From contig JBDRBK010000133.1 of the NCBI GenBank assembly GCA_043822705.1, positions 1 to 34,463 of the forward strand: a stretch of DNA of 34,463 nucleotides. Direction: 5' to 3'. Positions 19,814 through 29,525 of the stretch are shown piece by piece. The translations under genes were made by a program, and so were the position numbers. How positions within the stretch are numbered: the stretch's first letter is position 1; each line of letters starts with the position of its first letter. The stretch is from Fidelibacterota bacterium. Lineage in GTDB: Bacteria; Fidelibacterota; Marinisomatia; Marinisomatales; TCS56. The notes under the pieces are model-generated. The model saw nothing but the letters and a program-made list of their open reading frames with translations, was not told the DNA's origin and did no database searches.

Positions 19814-20791
19814 TCACCAGCGTATCAGCATGCTGCCCCAGGTATAGCCGGCACCAAAAGCCGCCAGCAACAACAGATCACCGGTTTCCAGACGACCCTG
19901 TTCTACCGATTCGTCGATCCCGATCGGGATCGTGGCGGCGGTGGTGTTGCCGTACTTGCCGATATTGATCACGACCTGGTCGTCCCGCAGCCCGCAACGT
20001 TTGGCGGAGACGTCGATGATACGCTTGTTGGCCTGGTGGGGAATGAAAAGTTTCACGTCGTTACCGGTAAAATTATTGCGCTCCAGAATTTCCAGACTGA
20101 CGTCGGCCATGCCTTTGGCAGCGACTTTGAAAACCGCTTTGCCGTCCTGGCGGACATAGTGTTCATCATTATCGACCGTTTCGTGGGAGGCTGGTCGCAA
20201 GCTGCCGCCGGCCGGCATGTAGAGGAATTGACCGCCGTTGCCGTCCAGATGCAGTTTGGCGTCGAGGACGCCACGACCGTCTGTGGCAGGTTCCAACAGG
20301 ACGGCACCGGCACCGTCGCCGAACAGGACGCAGGTATTGCGATCTTTAAAATTCAGGATCGAGCTCATCGTATCGGCCCCGATGACGATCACCTTGCGAT
20401 ATTTTCCCGATTCGACAAATTTAGCTCCGGTTTCCAAAGCGAATAGAAAGCCGGTACAGGCACCGGACAGATCGAACCCCCAGGCGTTGGTGGCGCCGAG
20501 ATTTTTCTGGATCAGGGCGGCGGTGGATGGAAACAGCATATCCGGCGTGACGGTGGCGACGATGATCACATCGATCTCGTCCGCGCTGCAACCGGCGCGC
20601 TCCAACAGGAGTCGGGCGGCACTGGTACCCATGGCGGCCGTGGCCTCACCGGGAGCGACCAGGCGTCGTTCGGTGATGCCGGTGCGGGTGCGGATCCACT
20701 CATCATTGGTGTTTACAATTTTTTCCAGTTCCTTGTTGGTCAGGATCCGTTCCGGCAGATAGCGCGCGGTGGCCGTAATTGCTGCTTTCAA
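19814..20791 (-). CDS. fabH: Beta-ketoacyl-ACP synthase III
   Basis: WIRTRTGI, ACTGF, LFGDGAGA, PHQAN, YGNT and FGAGYTWG. Likely TTG start at 20791 overlapping the plsX TGA, with GGGAG upstream. Confidence 0.96.
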   Translation of the reverse strand: MKAAITATARYLPERILTNKELEKIVNTNDEWIRTRTGITERRLVAPGEATAAMGTSAARLLLERAGCSADEIDVIIVATVTPDMLFPSTAALIQKNLGATNAWGFDLSGACTGFLFALETGAKFVESGKYRKVIVIGADTMSSILNFKDRNTCVLFGDGAGAVLLEPATDGRGVLDAKLHLDGNGGQFLYMPAGGSLRPASHETVDNDEHYVRQDGKAVFKVAAKGMADVSLEILERNNFTGNDVKLFIPHQANKRIIDVSAKRCGLRDDQVVINIGKYGNTTAATIPIGIDESVEQGRLETGDLLLLAAFGAGYTWGSMLIRW

Positions 20792-21792
20792 TTCTGTACT
20801 CCCAAATGTTCCGCTAAACTGGCTCTGGTGACGCCGATCAGGTTCTTCTCGACGCATGATTTGGCCACCAGGATTGAATTCTTGATTGCTTTTTCACTGG
20901 AACTACCGTGGCAGATGATGCTGATACCGTTCACACCCAGGAGCGGCGTGCCACCGTGTTCCTCATAATCAAACTGTTTTTTTAGTGCTGAAAAAACCGG
21001 TTTCAGCAGCAGTGCGCCGGCCAGAAACCGAGGGCGCCGCCCGATCCGCGTACGGATTTCATCGTTAAAAATTTTAATCAGACCTTCGGCGAATTTGAGG
21101 ACCGTATTGCCGACAAATCCGTCACAGACCAGTACCTGGGCATCGCAGTCCATCAAGTGCCGGCCTTCCACGTTACCGACAAAATTATCCAGCTCCTGAC
21201 TCAGCAGGGTGTAGGTTTCCAGATACAGTTCACTGCCCTTGTTGGATTCGGCCCCGATGTTGATCAATCCGACCGAAGGTTTCTTGATTTTCTCAACGTA
21301 ACTCAGATAATGGGAGGCCATGATGGCGAATTGCAGCATGTGGTATGGTTTGGCGTCAGGATTGGCGCCGACGTCGCAGAGAATCTTGCTGCCTTTCAGG
21401 GTGGGAAGGATCGCACCCAGAGCCGGACGCCGGACGCCGGGAATGCGCCCCCAGGTCAGGAGTGAGGTGGACATGACCGCCCCGGTGTTACCGGCGCTGA
21501 TAAAGGCGTCGGCCTGACCGTTCTTGACCAGTTTAATGCCCTGAACGATTGAGGAATCGGGTTTGGATTTGAGTACTTTGGAAGCCGAGTCATGCATGGA
21601 AACCACCTGGGTGGCGGCATGGATGCTGACCCGTTCGCTGGCCAGACCGCCCAGCTCGGCTTCAATCGCCGCCGGTTGGCCCACCAGAGTAAAATACAAG
21701 TCATCCGGGGTCTCCGATAGTGCCTGCAGCACCCCATTTATAACGGCCCTGGGGGCATAGTCGCCCCCCATGGCATCTATGGCCAGTCTCAT
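20788..21792 (-). CDS. plsX: Phosphate acyltransferase PlsX
   Basis: MRLAIDAMGGDYAP start, SAGNTGA, RPAL, DVGAN, CDGFVGN and HGSS. Confidence 0.96.
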   Translation of the reverse strand: MRLAIDAMGGDYAPRAVINGVLQALSETPDDLYFTLVGQPAAIEAELGGLASERVSIHAATQVVSMHDSASKVLKSKPDSSIVQGIKLVKNGQADAFISAGNTGAVMSTSLLTWGRIPGVRRPALGAILPTLKGSKILCDVGANPDAKPYHMLQFAIMASHYLSYVEKIKKPSVGLINIGAESNKGSELYLETYTLLSQELDNFVGNVEGRHLMDCDAQVLVCDGFVGNTVLKFAEGLIKIFNDEIRTRIGRRPRFLAGALLLKPVFSALKKQFDYEEHGGTPLLGVNGISIICHGSSSEKAIKNSILVAKSCVEKNLIGVTRASLAEHLGVQN

Positions 21793-21806
21793 GTGTGAAG
21801 CTGGTA

Positions 21807-21986
21807 CTATTCCGTCGTCGAGATCACCGGCCGGCCGCGGTAATAACCGCAATTGGGGCAGGCGCGATGCGGCATTTTGGATTGTCCGCACTGGGGACAG
21901 GTACCGAAGGCCACCGCCGAGGCGGTATAGTGGGTGCGGCGTTTGCGGCCGCGAGCCCGGGAAATTCTGGTTTTTGGTAGTGCCAT
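21807..21986 (-). CDS. rpmF: 50S ribosomal protein L32 (zinc-ribbon form)
   Basis: Translated by hand: MALPKTRISRARGRKRRTHYTASAVAFGTCPQCGQSKMPHRACPNCGYYRGRPVISTTE (59 aa, absent from the ORF track). GGAG SD; canonical position between yceD and plsX. Confidence 0.96.
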   Translation of the reverse strand: MALPKTRISRARGRKRRTHYTASAVAFGTCPQCGQSKMPHRACPNCGYYRGRPVISTTE

Positions 21987-22020
21987 TGCTACTCCTAATT
22001 ATTCTGACTGCCAGATGCAG

Positions 22021-22518
22021 TTATTCAACTAATTCTTTCAGGTCGTTCCAGAGATTATTATCAGCGGAATCGGAACAGCCACAGGTCTTTTCATTCAAAT
22101 TCTGGCCGCAGTACGGGCAGAGACCGAGACAGTCGCTCCGGCATAATTTTTTAAATGGTTCATCAAGATAAACCAGATCACGAATTGGTTCCGATATGTC
22201 GATCCATTCCTGTTTATCGGCGAACAGGATAAGATCTTCATCTGATTCGGTGACTAAATCCTGTTTGGGTGTCAGCCATAGATTAACCGGTATATCATGA
22301 TCCCGCGTGAAATCGGCCAGACATCGATCGCAGGTTTCGATCGTGACAATATTGATATTGCCGGTCAATTTGAAACCTGCCAAAGTCACTTCCGATGACA
22401 GTCTGCAGCGGAATATCGGTTCGCCAAACCGGATATCTTCAATCTTCAGATCATCGACTGGAATCTCAAAAAGCGAATCTTCTATGCCGACTGTTAAATC
22501 GGAACGATAAAGCTTCAT
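22021..22518 (-). CDS. yceD: DUF177/YceD 23S rRNA accumulation protein
   Basis: CDRCL and P.K.LCRSDCLGLCPYCGQNLN...CGC motifs; located upstream of rpmF. Confidence 0.92.
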   Translation of the reverse strand: MKLYRSDLTVGIEDSLFEIPVDDLKIEDIRFGEPIFRCRLSSEVTLAGFKLTGNINIVTIETCDRCLADFTRDHDIPVNLWLTPKQDLVTESDEDLILFADKQEWIDISEPIRDLVYLDEPFKKLCRSDCLGLCPYCGQNLNEKTCGCSDSADNNLWNDLKELVE

Positions 22519-22555
22519 TTTTAACCTGCAAAACTAATTCTGGATACTGTTTCAA

Positions 22556-22591
22556 ACAAGAACAAAAGTGCCTGATCACTCAGACACTTTT
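22556..22591 (-). terminator. Rho-independent terminator ending the minus-strand run
   Basis: Minus strand reads AAAAGUGUCUGA-GUGA-UCAGGCACUUUUGUUCUUGU: a stem with a GNRA tetraloop and U-rich tail, about 33 nt past the stop at 22625. Confidence 0.75.
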
Positions 22592-22624
22592 ATTCAGGTT
22601 ATAGTGATAAGTAATTGTTTCGTA

Positions 22625-23824
22625 TCAGGAATTTTCCGGTTCAGCCGCGGCTGAATCGACGGAATCAGCGTCCGGTTCGTCGTCGCCGGTATCGTCCTCC
22701 GCTTCTTCTTTTTCTTCTTCCTCGGCTTCCAGCTCTTCTTCGTCCTTCCGTTCCAGCAGATTATCATCGTCGGATTTTTTCTTGTAAATGACAAACATCA
22801 GCGTCTCGCCGACCGACAAGATTGATAAACCGTAGGCTACGATTGAGGCGAATAACAGGAACAGAAAGATCGCCACGATTACGCCGGCAATCGCCTGTAC
22901 CACCGGAATATCACCGGCGGCGGCCGGGAACAGACAACATAAGCCACACCCGCCGCAACCGCTACAACCGCCACTGCAAAAGCTGGGGAAAACGATCTGG
23001 CTGGCATACCCGACGATATTCGTCAGCTTGGCACCCATTCCCATGAACCATTCGGCGCCAAAGACGATGTTGATTAATTTGTAGCCACCGTACCAGAACA
23101 GGCCGAAAATGTAGACACTCAGATATCCCAGGGGCAGCAGGATCAGATTGTACAACAAAATCCGCCAGGGCTGGGACCAGGTCAGGGAATAGCTCTGGAA
23201 CACTGTTCCCATCGTGTCTTCTTCATAAGCGCCGACAATGGCCGGTGTATAGATGAAGGAAGTGATCAGTACGACGGCGGTGTAAACGGTGAATACCGCG
23301 CCGAAAAAGTAGAACAGATAGGGGAGGGCGAACAGGAATTCTCCCACATACGGGATTTTTCCGAATAGACTGAAAACCGCTGCCATGAACAGGAACAGGA
23401 CGATTATCACGATGATGCTGAAAGAACCGAAAACGACCGGGTGCCAGTGTTTCTTGACATATTTCCAGGCATCGCCGGAGGAATAAAATTCATCGCCTTT
23501 AAGCTGTTTGTAGGTAACCCGGGCGACGGCGGTGCAGGCCAGATTAATCGTCAGGAACCAGATAATGATACCGATCCAGTATACAAGTTGTGCGTACCAG
23601 GGACCGCAACCGGTGGCATACAGGCAGGGGTACAAACCGAATTTTTCCCAGACGGTGGCGAACGAATAGCCCGCCAGCGCTAGCGCGATATTGGTCAACA
23701 CCCAGTAGGCCACCCAGCCGCTGAGCAGGCCTAACAGGAAAATCAGAATTTTCTTGCCGCTGAGCGCCAGACGCGGGGCGCGGCATACATCTCTTACATC
23801 GAAGTACAATTTCATCGGACTCAT
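22625..23824 (-). CDS. Hypothetical polytopic membrane protein with a Cys/Gly cluster and acidic C-terminal tail
   Basis: About six hydrophobic segments, motif CSGGCSGCGGCGLCC, and tail DEEELEAEEEEKEEAEDDTGDDEPD. AAGGAG SD before ATG 23824. Confidence 0.75.
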   Translation of the reverse strand: MSPMKLYFDVRDVCRAPRLALSGKKILIFLLGLLSGWVAYWVLTNIALALAGYSFATVWEKFGLYPCLYATGCGPWYAQLVYWIGIIIWFLTINLACTAVARVTYKQLKGDEFYSSGDAWKYVKKHWHPVVFGSFSIIVIIVLFLFMAAVFSLFGKIPYVGEFLFALPYLFYFFGAVFTVYTAVVLITSFIYTPAIVGAYEEDTMGTVFQSYSLTWSQPWRILLYNLILLPLGYLSVYIFGLFWYGGYKLINIVFGAEWFMGMGAKLTNIVGYASQIVFPSFCSGGCSGCGGCGLCCLFPAAAGDIPVVQAIAGVIVAIFLFLLFASIVAYGLSILSVGETLMFVIYKKKSDDDNLLERKDEEELEAEEEEKEEAEDDTGDDEPDADSVDSAAAEPENS

Positions 23825-23836
23825 TTGATACTCCTT

Positions 23837-24628
23837 TTAATTCTCCAGACGAACATGATCGACCCAGGTGTCGGTTTTGGTAATCGATTTGATATTTTTG
23901 GCCACAGCCAATGCGGCGGAATAGCTTTCAAAACTGCCGACCCTGACCCGGTACCAGGTTTCACTGGTTTCCTTGAAGTAGGCTTTCTGAATATAGGAAT
24001 CGAATCCGGCATCGATCAGTTTCTCGGCAGCCATCTGGGCATCTTCAAAAGTGCGCTTGGCTGAAACTTGGATCGTGTACCGATATGGATCCTTGGGAAT
24101 GGTGGCGCCAGGCACCGGTCTGGCCGGTTTCTTCGGCGTGACCCGGGTCGTTTTGGGGACCGACTTGACCGGCTGTGGTGTCGTCACCTTTGCCGCTGTC
24201 GGTAGGGGCTTTACGGCAGCTACGTAGCTGTCTTCTACCGTATCTTCGATGGTATCTTCGGTTTTGATTATTTCCTCTCGATCAGTAGCCCCGTCCGTAG
24301 CGGCCAGCGCGGCGATCGTGAACTCCTGAACCGATATTTCATCACCGAATTCATCGGCGACAACCACCTTAAAAACGAAGGTCCCGGGAAAATCGGGAAT
24401 GAAGGTCATTTTCTGATCGCCGGCGGAAAATTCCAGATCATCAACGGTAATCTTCGATGCATCCGGCTGCTGAGTGATCGACCAGGTTAAGTCCAGGTTA
24501 CCGCTGTCTTCCGGTATTTCGGCTTCGACTGACTGGTATTCGCCGACGATTCCCTCCTGAACGTCCTCGCCGCAGCCAGCCAATAAAAACAGCCCAACCA
24601 CGATTGTAAGAAAGTGTTTTATACGCAT
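23837..24628 (-). CDS. SPOR-domain lipoprotein
   Basis: Lipobox LLAGC, an Ig/PKD-like region (WSITQQP...FIPDFPGTFVFKVVV), a Pro/Thr/Lys linker, and a C-terminal SPOR domain (YTIQVSA...A....L...G...WYRVRVGSF). Confidence 0.85.
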   Translation of the reverse strand: MRIKHFLTIVVGLFLLAGCGEDVQEGIVGEYQSVEAEIPEDSGNLDLTWSITQQPDASKITVDDLEFSAGDQKMTFIPDFPGTFVFKVVVADEFGDEISVQEFTIAALAATDGATDREEIIKTEDTIEDTVEDSYVAAVKPLPTAAKVTTPQPVKSVPKTTRVTPKKPARPVPGATIPKDPYRYTIQVSAKRTFEDAQMAAEKLIDAGFDSYIQKAYFKETSETWYRVRVGSFESYSAALAVAKNIKSITKTDTWVDHVRLEN

Positions 24629-24659
24629 AACCCTCGCTTGTAGTTTTTATTTAACGTCC

Positions 24660-25082
24660 TCAAGCACTGTGAATTTGACTGGGAGCGAAGAAAAATGCAA
24701 TTTCTTTTTCGGCGTTTGTGTCGGAATCTGATCCATGAATGGCATTATTTTGAACACTTTCGGCAAAATCCCGGCGGATCGTGCCGGCGGCGGCCTCGGC
24801 CGGGTTGGTAGAACCGATGAATTTGCGGAAATTTTCCACGGCATTATCGTGTTCAATCACCATCGGCATACAGGGACCGGAGGTCATGAAGGCCACCAGA
24901 TCGTTAAAAAAGGGACGCTCTCTGTGAACGGCGTAAAAGTCCTGTGCCTGCTCCACGCTCAGTTGCTCCAGCCGGGCGGCGACGATTTTGAAACCACCGC
25001 TTAAAATCCGGTCGATGATCTTGCCGGCATATTTATTACCGATTGCGTCAGGTTTGATGATTGCCAATGTGCGATTTCCCAC
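24660..25082 (-). CDS. ndk: Nucleoside diphosphate kinase
   Basis: RTLAIIKPDA, FYAVH.ERPFF, GTIR and NAIHGSDS (catalytic His). GTG start. Confidence 0.98.
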   Translation of the reverse strand: MGNRTLAIIKPDAIGNKYAGKIIDRILSGGFKIVAARLEQLSVEQAQDFYAVHRERPFFNDLVAFMTSGPCMPMVIEHDNAVENFRKFIGSTNPAEAAAGTIRRDFAESVQNNAIHGSDSDTNAEKEIAFFFAPSQIHSA

Positions 25083-25110
25083 TATTTGTTCCTGCCTTTT
25101 CCGTTATTAA

Positions 25111-25992
25111 TTAGTTGCTGTTGTTCAGAACCCGGTGCATGGCCGCGCCGATTTCCGCCGGACTGGTAACGACCGTGATGCCGGCCTGTTTCAGGGCGGC
25201 CATTTTATCGGCGGCCGTGCCCTTGCCGCCGGCAATGATTGCGCCGGCATGGCCCATGCGGCGGCCCGGCGGTGCGGTCTGTCCGGCGATAAACGCCACG
25301 ATCGGTTTCGTGAAATTATTAGCGACCACCCATTGTGCCGTATCCTCTTCCGCCGTACCGCCGATTTCACCGATCAGCACGACACCGGTCGTGTCCGGAT
25401 CGTCTTTAAAAAAGCTCAGCATGTCAATGAAACTGGTGCCGATGATCGGATCGCCGCCGATCCCGATCGATGTCGACTGCCCCAACCCGAAGGCGCCCAG
25501 TTGATGCACCGCCTCGTAAGTCAGCGTGCCGGAACGGGAAACCACACCGATCGGTCCTGGTTTGTGAATAAAGCCCGGCATGATTCCGACTTTGGCCTGC
25601 CCGGGAGAAATAATCCCGGGACAGTTGGGTCCGATCAGCCGCAGCGGTTTGTCGCAGAGATATTTTTTTACCTGCACCATGTCACTGGTGGGGATTCCTT
25701 CGGTGATGCAGACCGCCAGGTCCAGGCCGGCCTCGGCCGCTTCCATGATCGCTTCCGCGGCGAAAGCCGGCGGCACGAATATTACCGTAGTGTTGGCGCC
25801 CGTCGCCCGTTGGGCGTCTTCGACAGTGTTGAATACCGGCACGCCCAGGGCCGTCTGGCCGCCTTTGCCGGGCGTGACGCCACCGACAATATTCGTTCCG
25901 TATTCCTGCATCTGTTCGCCGTGGAAACTACCTTCCTGCCCGGTGATGCCCTGGATGATCAGGCGTGTGTGCTTGCCGACCAGAACGCTCAT
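25111..25992 (-). CDS. sucD: Succinyl-CoA ligase alpha subunit
   Basis: [25 protein letters not shown] and RMGHAGA (phospho-His). Confidence 0.97.
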   Translation of the reverse strand: MSVLVGKHTRLIIQGITGQEGSFHGEQMQEYGTNIVGGVTPGKGGQTALGVPVFNTVEDAQRATGANTTVIFVPPAFAAEAIMEAAEAGLDLAVCITEGIPTSDMVQVKKYLCDKPLRLIGPNCPGIISPGQAKVGIMPGFIHKPGPIGVVSRSGTLTYEAVHQLGAFGLGQSTSIGIGGDPIIGTSFIDMLSFFKDDPDTTGVVLIGEIGGTAEEDTAQWVVANNFTKPIVAFIAGQTAPPGRRMGHAGAIIAGGKGTAADKMAALKQAGITVVTSPAEIGAAMHRVLNNSN

Positions 25993-27161
25993 TTTACACC
26001 TCCCCGGGCGGCCCGAACCGCTTTTTCCGCCGCTTCCTGCAGACTGCCGGCCACGATGAATTTCAACGGTGATTCCGCCAGAATCACACTTGCTTCCTGC
26101 GCATTGGTACCCTCCAGACGGATAATCACCGGGATTTTCACCTTGACTGTCTCCAGTGCTTCGATGATTCCATTGGCGACCCGGTCGCAGCGGACGATGC
26201 CGCCGAAAATATTGACCAGGATGGCTTTCACGTTGGGATCCGCCAGGATCAGGCGAAAGCCGTTGGCCACCGTCTCGGAATTGGCCACGCCGCCGACATC
26301 CAGAAAATTGGCCGGTTCGCCACCGTTGAGCTTGATGATATCCATGGTGGCCATCGCCAGACCGGCGCCGTTGACCATGCAGCCCACATTCCCATCCAGC
26401 TTGATGTAATTCAGGCTGAACTTGCTGGCGGCGGCCTCGGCGGGGTCTTCTTCGCTGACATCGCGTAATTCTTTTATTTCCGGATGACGGTAAAGTCCGT
26501 TATCGTCGAAATTGATTTTGGCATCGAGGGCGATGACACGGTTATCGGTCGTGATGACCAGGGGATTGATTTCGATTAGCGTGCAATCCTTGGCGGCGAA
26601 GACTTTCCACAATGCTTTGAAAATTGCCACGGCCGCCTTGATCTGAGTGTCTTCCAGCCCCAGGTCGAAAGCCAGTTTACGGGCCTGGAAAGTCATTAAC
26701 CCGGTGGCGGGATTGATCCGTTCCATGATGATTTTTTCCGGCGTCTCGCGGGCGACTTTCTCGATTTCCATTCCACCGGCGGTGGATACCATAAAAACAT
26801 ATTCACCAGCTACCCGGTCCAGTACGATTCCGGCGTACAGTTCGCGGGCGATGTCGACTCCGGATTCAATCAGCAGACGTTGCACTTGTTTGCCGGCCGG
26901 TCCGGTCTGGTGCGTGACCAGTTGCATACCCAGCATCCGCCGGGCGAAAGTGCGGACTTCCGTTTCATTGTGAGCCAGTTTGACGCCGCCGCCTTTGCCG
27001 CGGCCACCGGCATGGATTTGGGCTTTGACAACCGCCAGTTCACCGGACAGTTCGTTATAGACATGGACCGCTTCATCGATGCTGAAGGCCGGATAGCCTT
27101 CCGGAACGGCGACACCGAACTGGCGGAATATTTCTTTAGCCTGATACTCGTGAATCTTCAA
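25989..27161 (-). CDS. sucC: Succinyl-CoA ligase beta subunit
   Basis: [39 protein letters not shown] and [13 protein letters not shown] start with GGAGG SD. Confidence 0.97.
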   Translation of the reverse strand: MKIHEYQAKEIFRQFGVAVPEGYPAFSIDEAVHVYNELSGELAVVKAQIHAGGRGKGGGVKLAHNETEVRTFARRMLGMQLVTHQTGPAGKQVQRLLIESGVDIARELYAGIVLDRVAGEYVFMVSTAGGMEIEKVARETPEKIIMERINPATGLMTFQARKLAFDLGLEDTQIKAAVAIFKALWKVFAAKDCTLIEINPLVITTDNRVIALDAKINFDDNGLYRHPEIKELRDVSEEDPAEAAASKFSLNYIKLDGNVGCMVNGAGLAMATMDIIKLNGGEPANFLDVGGVANSETVANGFRLILADPNVKAILVNIFGGIVRCDRVANGIIEALETVKVKIPVIIRLEGTNAQEASVILAESPLKFIVAGSLQEAAEKAVRAARGGVK

Positions 27162-27175
27162 ATTGCCTCCCTCTG

Positions 27176-28120
27176 TCAGGACTTGACGATGGTGGTACCC
27201 GCCTCACCGTTGATTGCCTTAGCTACGTTGGGAATCGATGTAATCACCACTTTCTCGCCAAATCGGGAAAGAAAATATAAAGCCGCTTCTATCTTCGGTG
27301 CCATGCTGCCTTTCTGAAAATGACCGGCTTTCAGGTAATTTTCGGCTTCCGGCATGGTCATGCGAGGCACAGAGACCTGGTCCGGTTTGTTATAATTCAG
27401 ATAGACCGCATCGATATCGGTGATGATCCATAATTCTTCGGCATGGATGATCCGTCCCAGCAGCGCCGCTGCTAGATCCTTGTCGATAACGGCGTCCAGG
27501 CCTTCCAACCGGCCGTCCGGCTCGTAAAATACGGGAATTCCGCCACCGCCGGCCGCCAGTACGATCGTGCCCCGTTCCACCAGGGCCCGCATACTTTTAC
27601 CATGCATGATGTATTTGGGATGGGGACTAGGCACGACCTGACACCATTCGCCCGGATTCTTTTCCCGGATCGTCCAGTTGAACTTCGCCGCCAGTTCGCG
27701 GGCCTGGTCTTCGGGGTAGGTCCGGCCGATGAATTTGGTGGGATTGGCGATCGACGGGTCATCCCGGTCCACCACCACCTGGGTCACCAGCGTCACCACC
27801 TCACGGTCGACATCGGCGGCTTGAAGGGCATTCTGCAGCGACTGCTGGATCATGTAGCCGATCGTGCCCTGGGTGCCGGCGACGCAGACTCCCAGGGGCA
27901 GTGGCGCGATCGCTTCGTGGGTTAATTCCATGCGCAATAATTCATCCCCGACCTGGGGACCGTTGCCGTGGGTCAGACACAGGTTATAGTCCAGTTCGAC
28001 GAAATGCATGACGGCGCTCAGACTTTCGCGGGTGTGGGCGAATTGCTGATAAATCGTTCCGGATTCGCCTTTGGGGGAAAGCGCGTTTCCCCCAAAGGCG
28101 ATGATTGCCGTCCTGGCCAT
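27176..28120 (-). CDS. arcC: Carbamate kinase
   Basis: AFGGNAL, THGNGPQVG, TQGTIGY, PTKFIG, VVPSP.P, GGGGIPV, AVIDKD and GSMAPK. Confidence 0.95.
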   Translation of the reverse strand: MARTAIIAFGGNALSPKGESGTIYQQFAHTRESLSAVMHFVELDYNLCLTHGNGPQVGDELLRMELTHEAIAPLPLGVCVAGTQGTIGYMIQQSLQNALQAADVDREVVTLVTQVVVDRDDPSIANPTKFIGRTYPEDQARELAAKFNWTIREKNPGEWCQVVPSPHPKYIMHGKSMRALVERGTIVLAAGGGGIPVFYEPDGRLEGLDAVIDKDLAAALLGRIIHAEELWIITDIDAVYLNYNKPDQVSVPRMTMPEAENYLKAGHFQKGSMAPKIEAALYFLSRFGEKVVITSIPNVAKAINGEAGTTIVKS

Positions 28121-29436
28121 TACTTCAGAAAGGCTGCCAGTGCATCCACCAGGTTCGGCCGGCCGATTTCCTGCAGGTCGTAGGTCACCCGGACTGATGG
28201 CTGTTTAATCTTGCAGACCCGGCGCAGGTCGATCGGCGTGCCGATAATGACCACATCGCAGTCGCATTTGGCGATCGTCGCTTCCAGGTCCTTCATCTGT
28301 TTTTCACCGTAACCCATGGCCGGTAGCAGCAGGCCGATATCGGGATATTTTTCGAAAGTGTCGGTAATCGTTCCAACGGTGAATTCCCGCGGGTCGACGA
28401 CTTCGGCCGCGCCGAATTTTTCGGCGGCTACGGTGCCGGCACCGAATTTCATTTCACCATGGGTCAGGGTCGGACCGTCTTCCACCACCAGCGCTTTTTT
28501 CCCGAGGATCAGGGACGAGTTCTCGACGGTAATCGGCGATGCGGCATCGATGATGATCGCATCCGGGTTGGCTTCGCGGATGTTCCAACGCACTTCCTCG
28601 ATATCCTGCGAATCGGCGGTGTCGATCTTATTGATGATCACCACATCGGCCATCAGCAGGTTGGTTTCGCCAGGATAGTAAGTCAGTTCGTGGCCCGGCC
28701 GGTGGGGGTCGACCACGACAATATTCAGGTCCAGCTCATAGAACGGCAGGTCGTTATTACCGCCGTCCCAGAGGATGATGTCCGCTTCCTTTTCCGCTTC
28801 CCGCAGGATCGCGGCATAATCCACACCGGCATAGATAATCGTGCCGGTGGTGATATGCGGCTCGTATTCCTCCATCTCTTCGATGGTGCATTTGTGCTTC
28901 TTTAGGTCGTCGATGGAGGCGAAGCGCTGGACTTTCTGGGCGACCAAGTCGCCGTAGGGCATGGGATGACGGATGGCGACGACTTGCTTGCCGGCGTCCT
29001 TCAGTATCTGGGCCACGCGGCGGGTAGTCTGACTCTTCCCGCAGCCGGTGCGGACGGCGCCGATCCCGATCACCGGTTTGGTCGATTTAATCATCGTTTG
29101 TTTAGCCCCCAGCATTTTGAAATGGGCGCCGGTGGCGATTACCCGCGAGGCTTTATGCATGACCATTTCATGGGGAATATCGGAATAGGCAAAGACGACT
29201 TCGACCACCTGGTGACGTTCGATCAAAACTTCCAGGTCCGATTCATCGTGGATGTTAATCCCGGCGGGATAGAGCTTACCGGCCAGCTCGGCGGGGTAGA
29301 CCCGGCCATCGATATCGGGAATCTGTGTGGCGGTAAAGGCCACTACTTCGTATTGGGGGTTGTCCCGGTAAATCACATTAAAATTGTGAAAATCGCGCCC
29401 GGCGGCCCCCATAATCAGTGTCTTAATAGGTTTCAT
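28120..29436 (-). CDS. arcE: Probable arginine synthetase ArcE (family often annotated as cyclic 2,3-diphosphoglycerate synthase-like or predicted GTPase)
   Basis: IMGAAGRDFHNFN, VAFTATQIPDI, P-loop AVRTGCGKSQT, RHPMPYGDL, EEYEPH, WDGGNND, EDGPTLTHG and LPAMGY. TAATG overlap with arcC. ATG 29436 with GGAG SD. The family call is solid; the function is inferred from homology and context. Confidence 0.75.
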   Translation of the reverse strand: MKPIKTLIMGAAGRDFHNFNVIYRDNPQYEVVAFTATQIPDIDGRVYPAELAGKLYPAGINIHDESDLEVLIERHQVVEVVFAYSDIPHEMVMHKASRVIATGAHFKMLGAKQTMIKSTKPVIGIGAVRTGCGKSQTTRRVAQILKDAGKQVVAIRHPMPYGDLVAQKVQRFASIDDLKKHKCTIEEMEEYEPHITTGTIIYAGVDYAAILREAEKEADIILWDGGNNDLPFYELDLNIVVVDPHRPGHELTYYPGETNLLMADVVIINKIDTADSQDIEEVRWNIREANPDAIIIDAASPITVENSSLILGKKALVVEDGPTLTHGEMKFGAGTVAAEKFGAAEVVDPREFTVGTITDTFEKYPDIGLLLPAMGYGEKQMKDLEATIAKCDCDVVIIGTPIDLRRVCKIKQPSVRVTYDLQEIGRPNLVDALAAFLK

Positions 29437-29474
29437 GAGTACTCCATTGGAAAATTTTTGGTTTATCATCTCTG

Positions 29475-29525
29475 GATGCGAACCCCGATCCGGAACCCGG
29501 ACCGGCGGTAGCGCACCGCTGTGCG
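29475..29525 (-). promoter_or_regulatory. Candidate structured 5' leader RNA of arcE-arcC
   Basis: An 18-bp GC-rich imperfect hairpin (29517-29475) plus an overlapping alternative hairpin CGCAC-agcg-GUGCG (29525-29512) in an otherwise AT-rich intergenic region. Confidence 0.45.

Noticed and set aside
15928..22518. fab cluster as a possible secondary-metabolite (type II PKS) locus
   Set aside because: Gene order and sequences match the canonical yceD-rpmF-plsX-fabHDG-acpP-fabF-rnc housekeeping cluster, with no chain-length factor or tailoring genes.
25135..26409. 424-aa plus-strand ORF and similar long antisense ORFs (e.g. 652-1320, 30414-31268, 31435-32385)
   Set aside because: They are shadows opposite well-supported genes, expected from GC-rich codon bias, and show no recognisable motifs.
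28120..29436. Annotation as cyclic 2,3-diphosphoglycerate synthase
   Set aside because: No 2-phosphoglycerate kinase is nearby, and translational coupling to carbamate kinase favours arginine synthetase; not formally excluded without a phylogeny.
29475..29520. SRP RNA (ffs), suggested by a CCGGAA-containing hairpin
   Set aside because: It lacks the conserved CAGG...GGAA...AGCAG domain IV arrangement on either strand.
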